Made by a program: the position numbers and the translations under genes. DNA of 62,693 nt, taken from positions 1-62,693 of the forward strand of contig DASXQO010000230.1 of NCBI GenBank assembly GCA_036507115.1, read 5' to 3'. Every line of letters starts with the position of its first letter. The stretch's first letter is position 1. Below, one piece after another: positions 50,690 through 60,969 of this stretch. The stretch comes from Candidatus Eiseniibacteriota bacterium (GTDB lineage: Bacteria; Eisenbacteria; RBG-16-71-46; SZUA-252). Below the pieces are notes generated by a model. It saw nothing but the letters and a program-made list of their open reading frames with translations, was not told where the DNA came from and ran no database searches.

Positions 50690-51826
50690 TCAGCTCTCGC
50701 GCGGAATCGGGCTCGCATGGACCAGCGCCTCCATGGAACGCGCGATGCGCTGGGCCGCGTCCACCCGCGCGAACGCCCGCGCGTTTCTTCCCAGGCGGCG
50801 GAGCCGAGGCTCGTCGCGGAGCAAAGACTCGATCTTCTTCGCCAGGGTCTCCGGCGTCAGATCCTTGTCGGCGATCACCAGGGCGGCGTCCCGATCCACG
50901 AGCCCCCGCGCGTTGTGCGTCTGGTGATCCCGGGTCGCGTGGGGGTAGGGCACGAGGATCGAGGCGATGCCGCACGCGGTCAGCTCGGCGATCGTCATCG
51001 CGCCCGCCCGGCAGACCGCGATATCCGCGACCGCGTACGCTTTCTCGATCGCCTCCAGATAGGCGAAGACGCGAATTTTGATCGGAAAGCTCCGGAACCG
51101 GCTCTGCATCGCCTCGAAATCCTCCGCTCCCGTCTGCCAGATCACTTGCAGGGACGGCATCTGCTTCAGGTGTTCCAGCGCCCCCTCCATCGCCCGGTTG
51201 ATGCTCGAAGCGCCCCGGCTCCCGCCGAAGACGAAGAGCGTCCGCTTCTCGGGGTCCAGACCGAACACTTCGTAGGCGCTCGATCTATCTTGCTGCAGCA
51301 GGGAGCGGCGGATCGGATTCCCCGAGACGCGGAGGTTGTTCTTGCGCCGGAAGTATCCCCGCGACTCCAGAAAGCTGATGTGAACCTCGGTCGCGACCAG
51401 GTTGAGCCAGCGATTGGTCGCTCCCGGTATCGAGTTCTGCTCCTGGATGATCACCGGGATCCCGAACAACCTCGCGACCAGGATCACCGGGGCGCTCACG
51501 TAGCTCCCCGTCCCCACCACCACGTGCGGCTTCAGATCCACGATCAGGCGGAACGACTGCGCCAGACCCCTGGCCAGCCCGAACGCCGCGCGGAACCACC
51601 CGAGACCCGGCCGCCGCGGAAGCCCGCGCGCCGCGATCGTCTGGAGCTCGAACCCCGCGCGCGGCACCGCCTTCGTCTCGGGTCCGCGGTTGGTCCCCAC
51701 GAACACCACCTTCGAGTCGGGGTGGGTCCGCATCCACTCCTCGGCAATGGCGATGCCCGGATACAGATGCCCGCCGGTTCCTCCGGCGGCGATCAGCACG
51801 CGGATCGCACCGGCGCTAGCGGCCAC
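50690..51826 (-). CDS. murG: Undecaprenyldiphospho-muramoylpentapeptide beta-N-acetylglucosaminyltransferase
   Basis: AAGGTGGHLYPGIAIAEE, and the C-terminal CRAGAMTIAELTA. Tracked start 51910 overlaps ftsW by 95 nt. I prefer GTG 51826 (11-nt overlap) or GTG 51799. Confidence 0.9.
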   Translation of the reverse strand: MAASAGAIRVLIAAGGTGGHLYPGIAIAEEWMRTHPDSKVVFVGTNRGPETKAVPRAGFELQTIAARGLPRRPGLGWFRAAFGLARGLAQSFRLIVDLKPHVVVGTGSYVSAPVILVARLFGIPVIIQEQNSIPGATNRWLNLVATEVHISFLESRGYFRRKNNLRVSGNPIRRSLLQQDRSSAYEVFGLDPEKRTLFVFGGSRGASSINRAMEGALEHLKQMPSLQVIWQTGAEDFEAMQSRFRSFPIKIRVFAYLEAIEKAYAVADIAVCRAGAMTIAELTACGIASILVPYPHATRDHQTHNARGLVDRDAALVIADKDLTPETLAKKIESLLRDEPRLRRLGRNARAFARVDAAQRIARSMEALVHASPIPRES

Positions 51827-52988
51827 CCGTGCGTTTCCGCGTTGCGGAGCGGGCTCCGGGGCCGGTTCGAATTCCGGTTTTGGTCTGACTTGCGACGTTG
51901 AGTAGGACACCGACCACCCCCAAATTCACGACCAACGCCGAACCTCCATAGCTCAGGAACGGAAGCGGCAATCCGGTCGTCGGGATGATCCCGGTCACCA
52001 CCGAGAGATTCATCCCGACGTAAACGGCGAGACTCACGGTCGAACCGGCCGCGAGCAGAAATCCGAAACGGTCCGGCGCCTTGCCCGCGATCTTGAGCCC
52101 GCGCAGGAAGAGCACCGCGAAGGCGGCCAGCACGGACACGGTGCCGACGAGTCCGAGCTCCTCGCCGATCACGGCGTAGATGAAATCGGTGTGCGGGTCC
52201 GGGAGGAAGAAGAACTTCTGCATTCCGCGCCCCGGACCCTCTCCAAAGATTCCCCCCGATCCGAGCGCCACGATCGATTGGTGGAGCTGCCAGCCCTTTC
52301 CCTGCACGTCGACCCCGGAGGACCAGTGCGAGATCCATCCCTGCACGCGATCCAGCATGTACGGGTGGCGCAGGACCTGGAAGGAGGCGAGGAGCGCTCC
52401 CGCCCCGGCGAGAATCCCCAGATGGCGGGGACGGGCGCCGGCGAGGTGGAGCATGAGGAAGCCGGTCACGAGGAGCGCGATCGTGCTGCCGAGGTTGGGC
52501 TGTTTCAAGATGAGGATCGCGATCAGGCCGAGCACACCCGCCGCCGGGAGCACGCCGTCGCGGAAGGAGCGGATCCGGTCCCCTTTCCGGTCGAGGAGCT
52601 TGGCGAGATAGATCACGCAGGTCGCGCGGGCGATCTCCGTGGGCTGGAGCGTGAACTCGGCGACGGAGAGCCAGCGGTTCGCGCCGCGCACGCCGGCGCC
52701 TCCCAGAACCACGAGTATTGTCAGGAGCCCGACGCTCACGGCCAGGGCCCAGGGCGCGATCGGGACCAGGCGGCGGTAGTCGAGCCGCGCTAAGAAGAGC
52801 ATCACGAGGAGCCCGAGCACGAGCCGCACCGCCTGCCGCTTCAGGAAGAAGAACTGCGAGTGGTACCGGTCCGCGCCCAGGACCGCGCTCGAGGAATAGA
52901 CCATGACGAGCCCCAGGGCGAGGAGCCCCATGACAGGCAGGAGAATCCCCCAGTCGAGCTTCCGCGGAGCCGCGACGGCGGTGCTCAT
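51816..52988 (-). CDS. ftsW: SEDS-family peptidoglycan polymerase FtsW
   Basis: About 10 TM segments. PDPHTDFIYAVIGEELGLVG and PFLSYGGSAL motifs. Confidence 0.95.
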   Translation of the reverse strand: MSTAVAAPRKLDWGILLPVMGLLALGLVMVYSSSAVLGADRYHSQFFFLKRQAVRLVLGLLVMLFLARLDYRRLVPIAPWALAVSVGLLTILVVLGGAGVRGANRWLSVAEFTLQPTEIARATCVIYLAKLLDRKGDRIRSFRDGVLPAAGVLGLIAILILKQPNLGSTIALLVTGFLMLHLAGARPRHLGILAGAGALLASFQVLRHPYMLDRVQGWISHWSSGVDVQGKGWQLHQSIVALGSGGIFGEGPGRGMQKFFFLPDPHTDFIYAVIGEELGLVGTVSVLAAFAVLFLRGLKIAGKAPDRFGFLLAAGSTVSLAVYVGMNLSVVTGIIPTTGLPLPFLSYGGSALVVNLGVVGVLLNVASQTKTGIRTGPGARSATRKRTGGR

Positions 52989-54373
52989 CGGCGCGCCTTC
53001 GTCAGCGAACGTTTCATCTCGAGCACCGCGGCCTCGAACCGCGCGCCGCGCTCCTCGAAGTTCCGGAACATGTCGTAGCTCGCGCAGCCCGGGGAGAGGA
53101 GCACGATTCCGCCGGTCGTAGCGCGGGTGCGCGCGATCTGGACCGCGTCCTCCAGCGTCGCCGCGCGATCGTGGGGCAGGTCGGGCCAGGACTGCGCGAG
53201 CTTCGAGGCGGCCTCGCCGACGTACACCGCGTGGCGGACCCGTTCCATGACGAGCGGCCGGATCGCGACGAAGTCTCCATCCTTGTCCCGGCCGCCTGCG
53301 ATGAGGGTCACGGGCGAAGAGAAGGATTCGAGCGCCCGTTTCAACGCGTCCACGTTGGTCGCCTTCGAGTCGTTTACGTACCGGACACCGTCGATTTCGG
53401 CCACCGTCGCCAACCGGTGCGGCAGTCCGCGGAATTCACGCAGCGCTTTCGCGATCGCGCGCTCCGGGATGCCGACCGCGAGCGCCGCCGCTGCGGCCGC
53501 GGCCATGTTCTCGGTGTTGTGCGGCCCCGGGAGGGCGGCTTCATCGCGGCGGATCAAGGTGCCGGTCTTGCCCGCGAACCGGAACCGGAGGGAATTCCCC
53601 TCGAGCCACACGCCGTCCCCGGTCGGGTCCGCGAACCCGAACCAGATCGGGCGCGACTTCATCGGGCGCAGCAAGAGCTCGATCCGCGCGTCGCCGAGCG
53701 GCTGGACGCGGAATTCCTCTTCGTTCTGGAACTGGAAAAGCCGCGCCTTGAGCCCCGCGTATCGCTCGATGCTGCCGTGCCGGTCCAGGTGGTCGGGGGT
53801 CACGTTGAGCAGTACGCCCACCTTGGGGTGGAACCGTGAGCACGATTCGAGCTGAAAGCTCGAAATCTCGACCACCAGGAGGCCGTCCTCGGGGATGTGC
53901 TCGGCCTTCTCCGAGAGCGCCGTTCCGATGTTCCCGAGCACTTCGGTCTTCCGCCCCGCCGCCCGTCCGATCGCGCCCAGAAGCTCCACGGTCGTGCTCT
54001 TTCCGTTCGTGCCGGTCACCGCGACGATCGGGGCCCGGGCGACGGCGAAACCGAGCTCCACTTCGGCCACGATCGGGATTCCCCGCCGCTCCGCCTCCGT
54101 GAAGAGCGGGAGATCGAGCGGCACGCCGGGACTCACGACCACGAGGTCGCGGCCTTCCAGCTCCCTGGGATCCGTCGAGCCGAATTTGAGCTCCACTCCG
54201 AGATCGTTCAGTTCCCGCACCGTGCTCCCCAGTTCCTCCGAGCGCCTGCGGTCCACGCCGCGGACGCTGCTCCCGTGATTCAGGAGCAGCTTCGACGCCG
54301 CGCACCCGCTCCGCGCCAATCCCACGACCAGCGCTCGGGACCCATCGAACCACGCCTTCGCCTGTTTCGTCAT
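52985..54373 (-). CDS. murD: UDP-N-acetylmuramoylalanine--D-glutamate ligase
   Basis: 462-aa C-terminal part of tracked ORF 52985..54808. VVGLARSG, VTGTNGKSTT, and NDSKATN. ATGA overlap with mraY. Confidence 0.95.
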   Translation of the reverse strand: MTKQAKAWFDGSRALVVGLARSGCAASKLLLNHGSSVRGVDRRRSEELGSTVRELNDLGVELKFGSTDPRELEGRDLVVVSPGVPLDLPLFTEAERRGIPIVAEVELGFAVARAPIVAVTGTNGKSTTVELLGAIGRAAGRKTEVLGNIGTALSEKAEHIPEDGLLVVEISSFQLESCSRFHPKVGVLLNVTPDHLDRHGSIERYAGLKARLFQFQNEEEFRVQPLGDARIELLLRPMKSRPIWFGFADPTGDGVWLEGNSLRFRFAGKTGTLIRRDEAALPGPHNTENMAAAAAAALAVGIPERAIAKALREFRGLPHRLATVAEIDGVRYVNDSKATNVDALKRALESFSSPVTLIAGGRDKDGDFVAIRPLVMERVRHAVYVGEAASKLAQSWPDLPHDRAATLEDAVQIARTRATTGGIVLLSPGCASYDMFRNFEERGARFEAAVLEMKRSLTKARR

Positions 54374-55458
54374 TGCAGCTTGAGCGTGCTCAACCCCAGC
54401 AGTGCCGCGAGTGCGGCCGCGATCCAGAACCTGACTACGACACGCGGCTCTTTCCAGCCGCTGAGCTCGAAATGGTGATGAAGCGGAGCCATCTTCAAGA
54501 TGCGCTTCCCCCAGATCTTGAAGGAGAGCACCTGTGCCATGACGGAAAGCGCCTCGGCCACGAACAGGGCGCCGACGATCGCGAGGAGGAACTCGCGCTT
54601 GATCAGGACCGCGACCGTTCCAAGCGCTGCCCCCAGCGAGAGCGAGCCCGTGTCCCCCATGAAGACGTCCGCGGGATGGCAGTTCCACCAGAGGAAGCCG
54701 AGGGTCGCGCCGACGATGGCCGAACAGAATACCGTGAGCTCCCCCGCGCCCTCGAAATAGGGGATCTGGAGGTATTGGGAGAATTTCGCGTGCCCGGTGA
54801 CATAGCACATGCCCCCCAGCGCGAAGGCCGCGAACGTCGTCATGCCGGCCGCGAGGCCGTCCAGCCCGTCGGCGAGGTTCACCGCGTTGCTGGCCCCGGT
54901 CACAACCAGGATGACGAACGGGAGATAGAGCCAGCCGAAATCGACCACCGTGCGCTTCAGGAAGGGAACGTTCGTTTCACCTGGGTCGAGGACCCCGTGG
55001 CCGGGATAGAAATAGACCGCTGCGAACACCGCGACCCCGAGCAGGAGCTGCCCCGCCAGCTTGTACCGTCCCAGGAGCCCCTTGCGCATGCGCTTGACCA
55101 CCCGGAGGTAATCATCGACGAATCCCACGAACCCCATCCAGAGCGTCGCCAGGAGCGCGATCCAGACGTTGCGGTTCTCGAGATTTCCCCAGAGGAGCGT
55201 CGGGATCGCGATCGCGATCACGATGAGGACTCCCCCCATCGTGGGCGTGCCCGCCTTGGGAAGGTGGCTCTGCGGACCGTCGTCCCGCACTTGCTGGCCG
55301 ATCTTGAGCGCGCGCAGTCTCCGGATCACCGGGGGGCCGAGGAGGAACGCGAGCAGGAGCGCGGTCGCCGCGGCGTAGGCCGAACGGAACGTGATGTAGC
55401 GGAAGACATTCAGGGCCGGGAACTGCTCGTGCAGCGGATAGAGGAAGTGATAGAGCAT
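54370..55458 (-). CDS. mraY: Phospho-N-acetylmuramoyl-pentapeptide transferase
   Basis: KAGTPTMGG, NAVNLADGLDGLA, MGDTGSLSLG, and APLHHHFE. Confidence 0.97.
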   Translation of the reverse strand: MLYHFLYPLHEQFPALNVFRYITFRSAYAAATALLLAFLLGPPVIRRLRALKIGQQVRDDGPQSHLPKAGTPTMGGVLIVIAIAIPTLLWGNLENRNVWIALLATLWMGFVGFVDDYLRVVKRMRKGLLGRYKLAGQLLLGVAVFAAVYFYPGHGVLDPGETNVPFLKRTVVDFGWLYLPFVILVVTGASNAVNLADGLDGLAAGMTTFAAFALGGMCYVTGHAKFSQYLQIPYFEGAGELTVFCSAIVGATLGFLWWNCHPADVFMGDTGSLSLGAALGTVAVLIKREFLLAIVGALFVAEALSVMAQVLSFKIWGKRILKMAPLHHHFELSGWKEPRVVVRFWIAAALAALLGLSTLKLQ

Positions 55459-55461
55459 CGC

Positions 55462-56910
55462 TCAGTTCCTCCCCGCCGCGTGCATCGGATCGAACGCGTC
55501 CTTCCGGCCCGGCACGAGGCGCTCGACCACCTGCTCGAGCCGCATGCCCCGCGAACCCTTGACGAGGACGAGATCCCCGGGGCGCGCGTCCCTCGCGACC
55601 GCCTCCACCATCTCCGGAACCGACGCAAATCTGGTAATCCTCCGCGCATCGACGCCCGCCGCGCGTGCGCCCCGCTCCGTGGCTTCGGCGAACGCTCCGG
55701 CGACGTAGAGCCAGGAGCCGCGGGGAACCTGCCGTCCCACCTCTTCGTGGAACCGCTCCGAATCCGGCCCGAGCTCCAGCATGTCCCCGAGCACCGCCCG
55801 GCGATCCCCGGGCGTTTCGATGGCGGCGAGGAGCAGGAGCGCTTCCCGCATCGAGGCGGGATTCGCGTTGTACGCGTCGTCGAGCACGAAGTAGCCCTCC
55901 GAAGCGAGTAGCTCCAGGCGGTGGCGCTCGGGACGGAGCGAGCCGAGCGCTTCGGCAGCCCGGCCCCGCTCGATTCCGAAGTGATCCCCGACGAGAATCG
56001 CCGCGAGCGCGTTCCGCACGTTGTGGCGGCCGAGGAGCTTAAGTACCACCTCGGTCCCGTCGGCGAGCGCGAAGACGGCGCCCCCCCGCGCGCTGAGCGA
56101 CATGCGGGTGGGGACCAGATCCGCCGCGCGGTTCTCGAGCGCGTAGCTCTTCTTGGCGACCGGCCGGTTCCGGTTCAGGCTCCAGAGGCGCTCGTCGTCG
56201 GCGTTCAGCACGAGAAGCCCGTCGCGCGGGAGCGCCTCCGCGAGCTCGCTCTTCGCCCGCGCTACCTCGTCGACCGTGCCGAGCGAGGCCAGGTGAGCTG
56301 CGGCGGCGTTCGTGAGCACGCCGACGCTCGGGAGCGAGAGGAGCGCAAGCTCCCGGATCTCGCCGCGCGCGCTCATGCCCATCTCGAGGACGAGCATCTC
56401 GTGTTCGGGCGTGAGCCGGGTGAGCGTCAAGGGGACTCCGATGTGGTTGTTCAGGTTTCCACGATTCTTGTGCACGCGGAAGCGCGATCCGAGCACCGCC
56501 GCGATCATCTCCTTCGTCGTGGTCTTGCCGTTCGAGCCGGTGACCGCCGTGACGGGGATCCCCGATTTCGCGCGGCAGTGGCGCCCCAGCGTCTGGAGCG
56601 CCCGGAGCGGATCGCGGACCGACACGACCGGCTTCCCGGACGTCGCCCACCCCGGGTCCCGGGGCCTCGACTCCGAGACCAGGGATCCCCCGGCGTTCCC
56701 CTCGAGCGCCGCGGAGACGAAATCATGGCCGTCGGCGCGCGTACCCGGCAGCGGCACGAAGAGCTCTCCCCCCGAAAGCGTCCGGCTGTCGATCGCGCAG
56801 GCGCTGAACGCCGGGGACGCCGGGGCCTTCCCTGCCGGAAACGCCGGCCTGCCCTCGGTCACTCGAAGGACTTCCTCGAGTGTGAGCCACGGGCTCGGGG
56901 CCTTGCTCAA
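55462..56910 (-). CDS. murF: UDP-N-acetylmuramoyl-tripeptide--D-alanyl-D-alanine ligase
   Basis: VTGSNGKTTTKEM, DAYNANP. The start is inferred as TTG 56910, overlapping the murE stop (TTGA). Confidence 0.9.
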   Translation of the reverse strand: MSKAPSPWLTLEEVLRVTEGRPAFPAGKAPASPAFSACAIDSRTLSGGELFVPLPGTRADGHDFVSAALEGNAGGSLVSESRPRDPGWATSGKPVVSVRDPLRALQTLGRHCRAKSGIPVTAVTGSNGKTTTKEMIAAVLGSRFRVHKNRGNLNNHIGVPLTLTRLTPEHEMLVLEMGMSARGEIRELALLSLPSVGVLTNAAAAHLASLGTVDEVARAKSELAEALPRDGLLVLNADDERLWSLNRNRPVAKKSYALENRAADLVPTRMSLSARGGAVFALADGTEVVLKLLGRHNVRNALAAILVGDHFGIERGRAAEALGSLRPERHRLELLASEGYFVLDDAYNANPASMREALLLLAAIETPGDRRAVLGDMLELGPDSERFHEEVGRQVPRGSWLYVAGAFAEATERGARAAGVDARRITRFASVPEMVEAVARDARPGDLVLVKGSRGMRLEQVVERLVPGRKDAFDPMHAAGRN

Positions 56911-58400
56911 CGCTTGAATCCCCGGCTCCGGAGCGCCTCGCGCGCCGCTTCGCGGTCGTCGAACGGCAGTGTCTTCGGACCGATGATCTGGTAGGTCTCG
57001 TGCCCTTTCCCCGCGATCAGGAGCGCGTCCCCCGGGGCGCACGCCTCGATCGCGGCGGCGATGGCCTGGGCGCGGTCCGGGATGGTGCGCACGTTCGCGG
57101 CGCCGCGGACCCCGGCTTCGATGTCGCGCAGGATCGCGGCGGGATCCTCGCTCCTCGGATTGTCGGACGTCAGGATCACCTGGTCGGCCAGCCTCGATGC
57201 GACTTCCCCCATGAGCGGCCGCTTGCCCTTGTCCCGGTCCCCGCCGCATCCGAAGACGCAGAGGAGCCGCGACGGCTGAAACGCGCGGACCGCCTCCAGC
57301 GCGCGCTCGAGCGCGTCGGGGGTGTGGGCGTAGTCCACGAGCACCTGGAACGGCTGCCCCTCGTCGACCGGTTCGAGCCTCCCCGGGACCGAGGCGAGCT
57401 TCTCGAGCCCGGCCACGATCGAAGCGCGGGGAATGCCGAGAGCGCGGGCGGCGGCGAACGCGGCGAGCGCGTTCATCGCGTTGAAGGCGCCCCGGAGTCG
57501 GAGCGAAACCTCGGTCACCTCTCCGTCGTGCCGGATCCGGAACGCGGTGCCGCTCGGTTTCAGACGCACGTCCAAGGCGCGGATCTCGGCTTTTGCTCCC
57601 GTTCCGAATCCCACCACCGGACAGTCGGCGTGCTCCCGGATCCAGCGCCCCACGGGGTCGTCCACGTTGACGGCCCCGGAGAAGCGCTTCGTCCGGTCCC
57701 CCCGGGTCTCGGAGCGGAAGAGACGGGCTTTCGCGTCGCGGTAGGATTCGAGCGTTCCGTGAAAATCGAGATGGTCCTGAGTCAAGTTCGTGAACACGCC
57801 CACGTCGAACGCCAAGCCGTAGGTCCGCTCGAGCGCCAGCGCGTGCGAGGAAACCTCCATCGCCACGGCCGTGGCCCCGCGCGCGCGCCAGTCGCGGAGC
57901 ATCCTCATGAGGTCCGGTGCTTCCGGTGTCGTGTGCGGCGCGGATTCACGGCGGCCGTCGAATTCGTATCCGACGGTCCCGATGAATCCGGCCTTCATAC
58001 CCGCTTCCTCGAACACCGCGCGGATCAGATGCGCGGTCGTTGTCTTCCCGTTCGTTCCGGTCACGCCCGCAAGCACCAGCTCCCGCGAGGGATGACCCGT
58101 TTCCTCGGCTGCCAGGGTCGCGAGCGCCCGGCGCGCGTCGCCTACGAGAATCTGCGCGAGGTCCGTCTCCGGGACGAAGCGCTCGACCACCGCGGCCGTG
58201 GCGCCTCGGCGCGCAGCGGCCTCCACGTACGCGTGGCCGTCCTGCTTCAGCCCGGAGACCGCGACGAACACGTCGCGCGGCTTCACCTCACGCGAGTCGT
58301 ACCGAACCCTCTCCCATCCGCCCCGAAGCGTGCCCTTGGTTTCGGACGCTCCCAGGACAGCCGGAAGCGCCTCCACGCGCAAGGCATGGAGCGCGATCAC
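56907..58400 (-). CDS. murE: UDP-N-acetylmuramoyl-L-alanyl-D-glutamate--2,6-diaminopimelate ligase
   Basis: VTGTNGKTTT, DYAHTPDAL, and DNPR (DAP-type) motifs. GTG 58400 overlaps the ftsI stop (GTGA). Confidence 0.93.
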   Translation of the reverse strand: MIALHALRVEALPAVLGASETKGTLRGGWERVRYDSREVKPRDVFVAVSGLKQDGHAYVEAAARRGATAAVVERFVPETDLAQILVGDARRALATLAAEETGHPSRELVLAGVTGTNGKTTTAHLIRAVFEEAGMKAGFIGTVGYEFDGRRESAPHTTPEAPDLMRMLRDWRARGATAVAMEVSSHALALERTYGLAFDVGVFTNLTQDHLDFHGTLESYRDAKARLFRSETRGDRTKRFSGAVNVDDPVGRWIREHADCPVVGFGTGAKAEIRALDVRLKPSGTAFRIRHDGEVTEVSLRLRGAFNAMNALAAFAAARALGIPRASIVAGLEKLASVPGRLEPVDEGQPFQVLVDYAHTPDALERALEAVRAFQPSRLLCVFGCGGDRDKGKRPLMGEVASRLADQVILTSDNPRSEDPAAILRDIEAGVRGAANVRTIPDRAQAIAAAIEACAPGDALLIAGKGHETYQIIGPKTLPFDDREAAREALRSRGFKR

Positions 58401-60475
58401 AAACTCCGCGGCGCGCACCGGAGCGCGCACGACTGCCCGGTCCGGATCGCCGATCCGGGCGAGGGGTTCTGCTCCACGACCTGTCCGCTTCCCGAGACCA
58501 GGGAGACGCGCACGGAGAGGGCGCTCAGTCGCGCCACCGCTTCGCGCACCGAGAGGCCCCGCAAATCCGGAAATCCGGTATCGGGAGGAGGGTCGGTCGA
58601 GAGGACGATCCGCACGACTTCGCCCGATCGCGCGTTGGCCCCGGGCTCCGGCGACTGAACCGCCACGCGCGCCCCGCTCCCTTCCATCGCGCAATCCATT
58701 CCGGCCGACCGGAGCACGAACCGCGCGCGCTCGGCCTCCATCATCCTCACGTCGGGCACGCGCACCGCGGGCGTCCCCCGGGCTGCCGTGACCAACGTTT
58801 GCGCCGGGATCCGGACGGGGCCCTTGCCCAGCGTGGCCCACGTCGCCACGATGTCGCGGAAGACGGGCGCCGCCACGGTGCCTCCGTAGTAGGCCCCGCG
58901 CGGTTCGTCCAGCACGATCAGGCCGACGATCTGGGGATTGGCCGCCGGAGCCATCCCGACGAAGGAGGAGACGTACCGGCCCTGCCCGTAACCGCGCCCC
59001 CCTTCGTCCGATTTCTGGGCCGTACCGGTTTTCCCGGCGACCTCGCACCAGGGAAGCGCCGCTTCCTGCGCCGTCCCGGTCGTCACCGCGTCGCGAAGGA
59101 AGGAACGGAACGTCTCCGCGGTTTCCGGCGAGATCACCCGCCGCACGCGTTCGACCGGATACAACCGGACCGGCTCTCCGCTTTCGTTCACCAGCGCCGA
59201 CGCGATGCGCGGGCGCATCAAGATTCCTCCGTTCGCGACGGCGCAGTACGCCATCAGAATCTGGAGCGGCGTCGCCGTCACCTCCTGCCCGATCGAGATC
59301 GTCGCCAGCGATCGTGCGGACCAGCGCGAGGGATTCCGGATCTGCCCCGAGGTCTCGCCCGGGAGCTGGATCCGGGTCGGCTGTCCGAACCCGAACAGCC
59401 GCGAGTAACGGTAGAGCGCGCTCGCGCCCACCTTCGTTCCGATCTGCGCGTAACAGACGTTGCTCGAAAACGCCGTCGCCTCCCGCACCGTGTACCAGCG
59501 CGTTTCCGGATGCGAGTCGTGCATCGTGAATCCACCCATGTCGAGCTCGCCCCGGTTCACGAAAAACGAATCCTCCGCGCTCACGACGCGCTCTTCCAGC
59601 GCGGCGCACCCGACCAGAAGCTTGAACGTCGAGCCCGGCTCGTACTGATCCGCGATGACGCGGTTCCGTCCCGGCGAGCCCGCCGGGGGATTCGCGCCGT
59701 CCACGGTCGCCATCGCGAAGATGTCGCCGGTGTGCGGATCGGCGAAGACCGCCATGCCGCTCCGGGCGCCGGTGCGGGCCACCGCCCGCCGGAGCTCCAT
59801 GACGATGACCGACTGCGCGTCGCGGTCGAGCGTCGTGACGAGGCTCAATCCCGGCTCGGGCACCTTCACCATGCTCTGGGGAAGCTGGTGCTCAAGCCCG
59901 CGCCCGTCCCTGAAAAGAGTAGCCCAGCCGCTGACGCCGCGCAGCTCGCGGTCGAAGACGCGCTCGATGCCCTCGAGGCCCGCCCCGTCCACGCCCACGA
60001 CCCCCACCACCGGGCGCGCGAGCTCATCGAGGGGATAGGCGCGGGCGGGCACCTCCTCTACTTGAACCCCGGCCGGCTGCGCCGAATTCCGGATCGCGAT
60101 CTCCTGCTCGGGGCTGACCTGGGACGCGATCCGGATATAGGCGTTGCGGCGGCCGCGGCGGAGCCGGTCCAGGCCGCGGGAGCCGGCGGCCGTCCGGATG
60201 AATTGCTGCGCGGCCCGGGCGTTCCGCACCTCGGCCGGACGCACCGAGATCTGGCTCAAGTCCACGTTGTCCGCCAGAGGGAGCAGGCGGCGGTCGTAGA
60301 TGCGCCCGCGCTCGGGCTCGAGGATGACGCGCGTGGTCTGCTGCCCGCGCGCCTCCCGGTCGAGCTTCGCATGCCCGAAGACCTGGATCGAGATGAGCCG
60401 AGCCAGGAGGATGCCGTAGAAGAAGATGCCGAGCAGCGCGACCAGCTTGAGGCGTCTCATGTGAAGCGGACTCAT
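58397..60475 (-). CDS. ftsI: Class B penicillin-binding protein FtsI with two C-terminal PASTA domains
   Basis: TM LVALLGIFFYGILLARL, transpeptidase motifs GSTFK and KTGTA. The C-terminus has VRVPDVRMMEAERARFVLRSAG... and GFPDLRGLSVREAVARLSAL... PASTA units. ATGA overlap with ftsL. Confidence 0.93.
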   Translation of the reverse strand: MSPLHMRRLKLVALLGIFFYGILLARLISIQVFGHAKLDREARGQQTTRVILEPERGRIYDRRLLPLADNVDLSQISVRPAEVRNARAAQQFIRTAAGSRGLDRLRRGRRNAYIRIASQVSPEQEIAIRNSAQPAGVQVEEVPARAYPLDELARPVVGVVGVDGAGLEGIERVFDRELRGVSGWATLFRDGRGLEHQLPQSMVKVPEPGLSLVTTLDRDAQSVIVMELRRAVARTGARSGMAVFADPHTGDIFAMATVDGANPPAGSPGRNRVIADQYEPGSTFKLLVGCAALEERVVSAEDSFFVNRGELDMGGFTMHDSHPETRWYTVREATAFSSNVCYAQIGTKVGASALYRYSRLFGFGQPTRIQLPGETSGQIRNPSRWSARSLATISIGQEVTATPLQILMAYCAVANGGILMRPRIASALVNESGEPVRLYPVERVRRVISPETAETFRSFLRDAVTTGTAQEAALPWCEVAGKTGTAQKSDEGGRGYGQGRYVSSFVGMAPAANPQIVGLIVLDEPRGAYYGGTVAAPVFRDIVATWATLGKGPVRIPAQTLVTAARGTPAVRVPDVRMMEAERARFVLRSAGMDCAMEGSGARVAVQSPEPGANARSGEVVRIVLSTDPPPDTGFPDLRGLSVREAVARLSALSVRVSLVSGSGQVVEQNPSPGSAIRTGQSCALRCAPRSL

Positions 60476-60969
60476 CGGTGACCTCCGGCCTCGACCGGAG
60501 CGGCCGGCAACCCCACGACGCGTTCGGTCAGGAATGACGGCAGCGCCCGGCGCACCTTGCCCAGGATCCTCGCGCCGAGCGCGACCCGGGCACCGCGCCG
60601 CGCGCGCGGCTCCGCGAGATCGACATCCACGACGCGCGCCGGGTCGGGACTCTGAAAGCCGAGCCGGCCCAGGCTCGTGAGGTCGATCCCGCTCCTGAAC
60701 GCGGCCTGCTCCTCGAGGTCGCATGTGATGCGGATCCGGTTCTCGAGCGTTCTCACGTCCCGCGCGAGCCGGTCCCGTTCCATCGAGAGCGAGTTCGCGA
60801 GCGTTCGCTCCCACACCTTCGTGAAGAGGAGCGACGCCGCGACGAGAAGCAGAGCAATCACGCGCAGGCTCACCCGGCGCTTGGGCTGAATCCTGTACGA
60901 GCGCAGGTACGGTCCGCGTGCCGGCGTGCCCTCGGGCGCGTCGGGGAGGAGGCGGGCCGCCAGATTCAC
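60472..60969 (-). CDS. ftsL: Cell division protein FtsL-like (bitopic, coiled coil)
   Basis: 165 aa from GTG 60969 (GTGA overlap with rsmH). TM VIALLLVAASLLF followed by a coiled-coil-like segment SMERDRLARDVRTLENRI. Canonical position. Confidence 0.75.
   Translation of the reverse strand: MNLAARLLPDAPEGTPARGPYLRSYRIQPKRRVSLRVIALLLVAASLLFTKVWERTLANSLSMERDRLARDVRTLENRIRITCDLEEQAAFRSGIDLTSLGRLGFQSPDPARVVDVDLAEPRARRGARVALGARILGKVRRALPSFLTERVVGLPAAPVEAGGHR

Noticed and set aside
49613-51901. 762-aa plus-strand ORF
   Set aside because: Antisense to murC and murG. Shadow ORF.
58040-60481. 813-aa plus-strand ORF
   Set aside because: Antisense to ftsI and murE. There are no motifs, and the minus-strand genes are certain.
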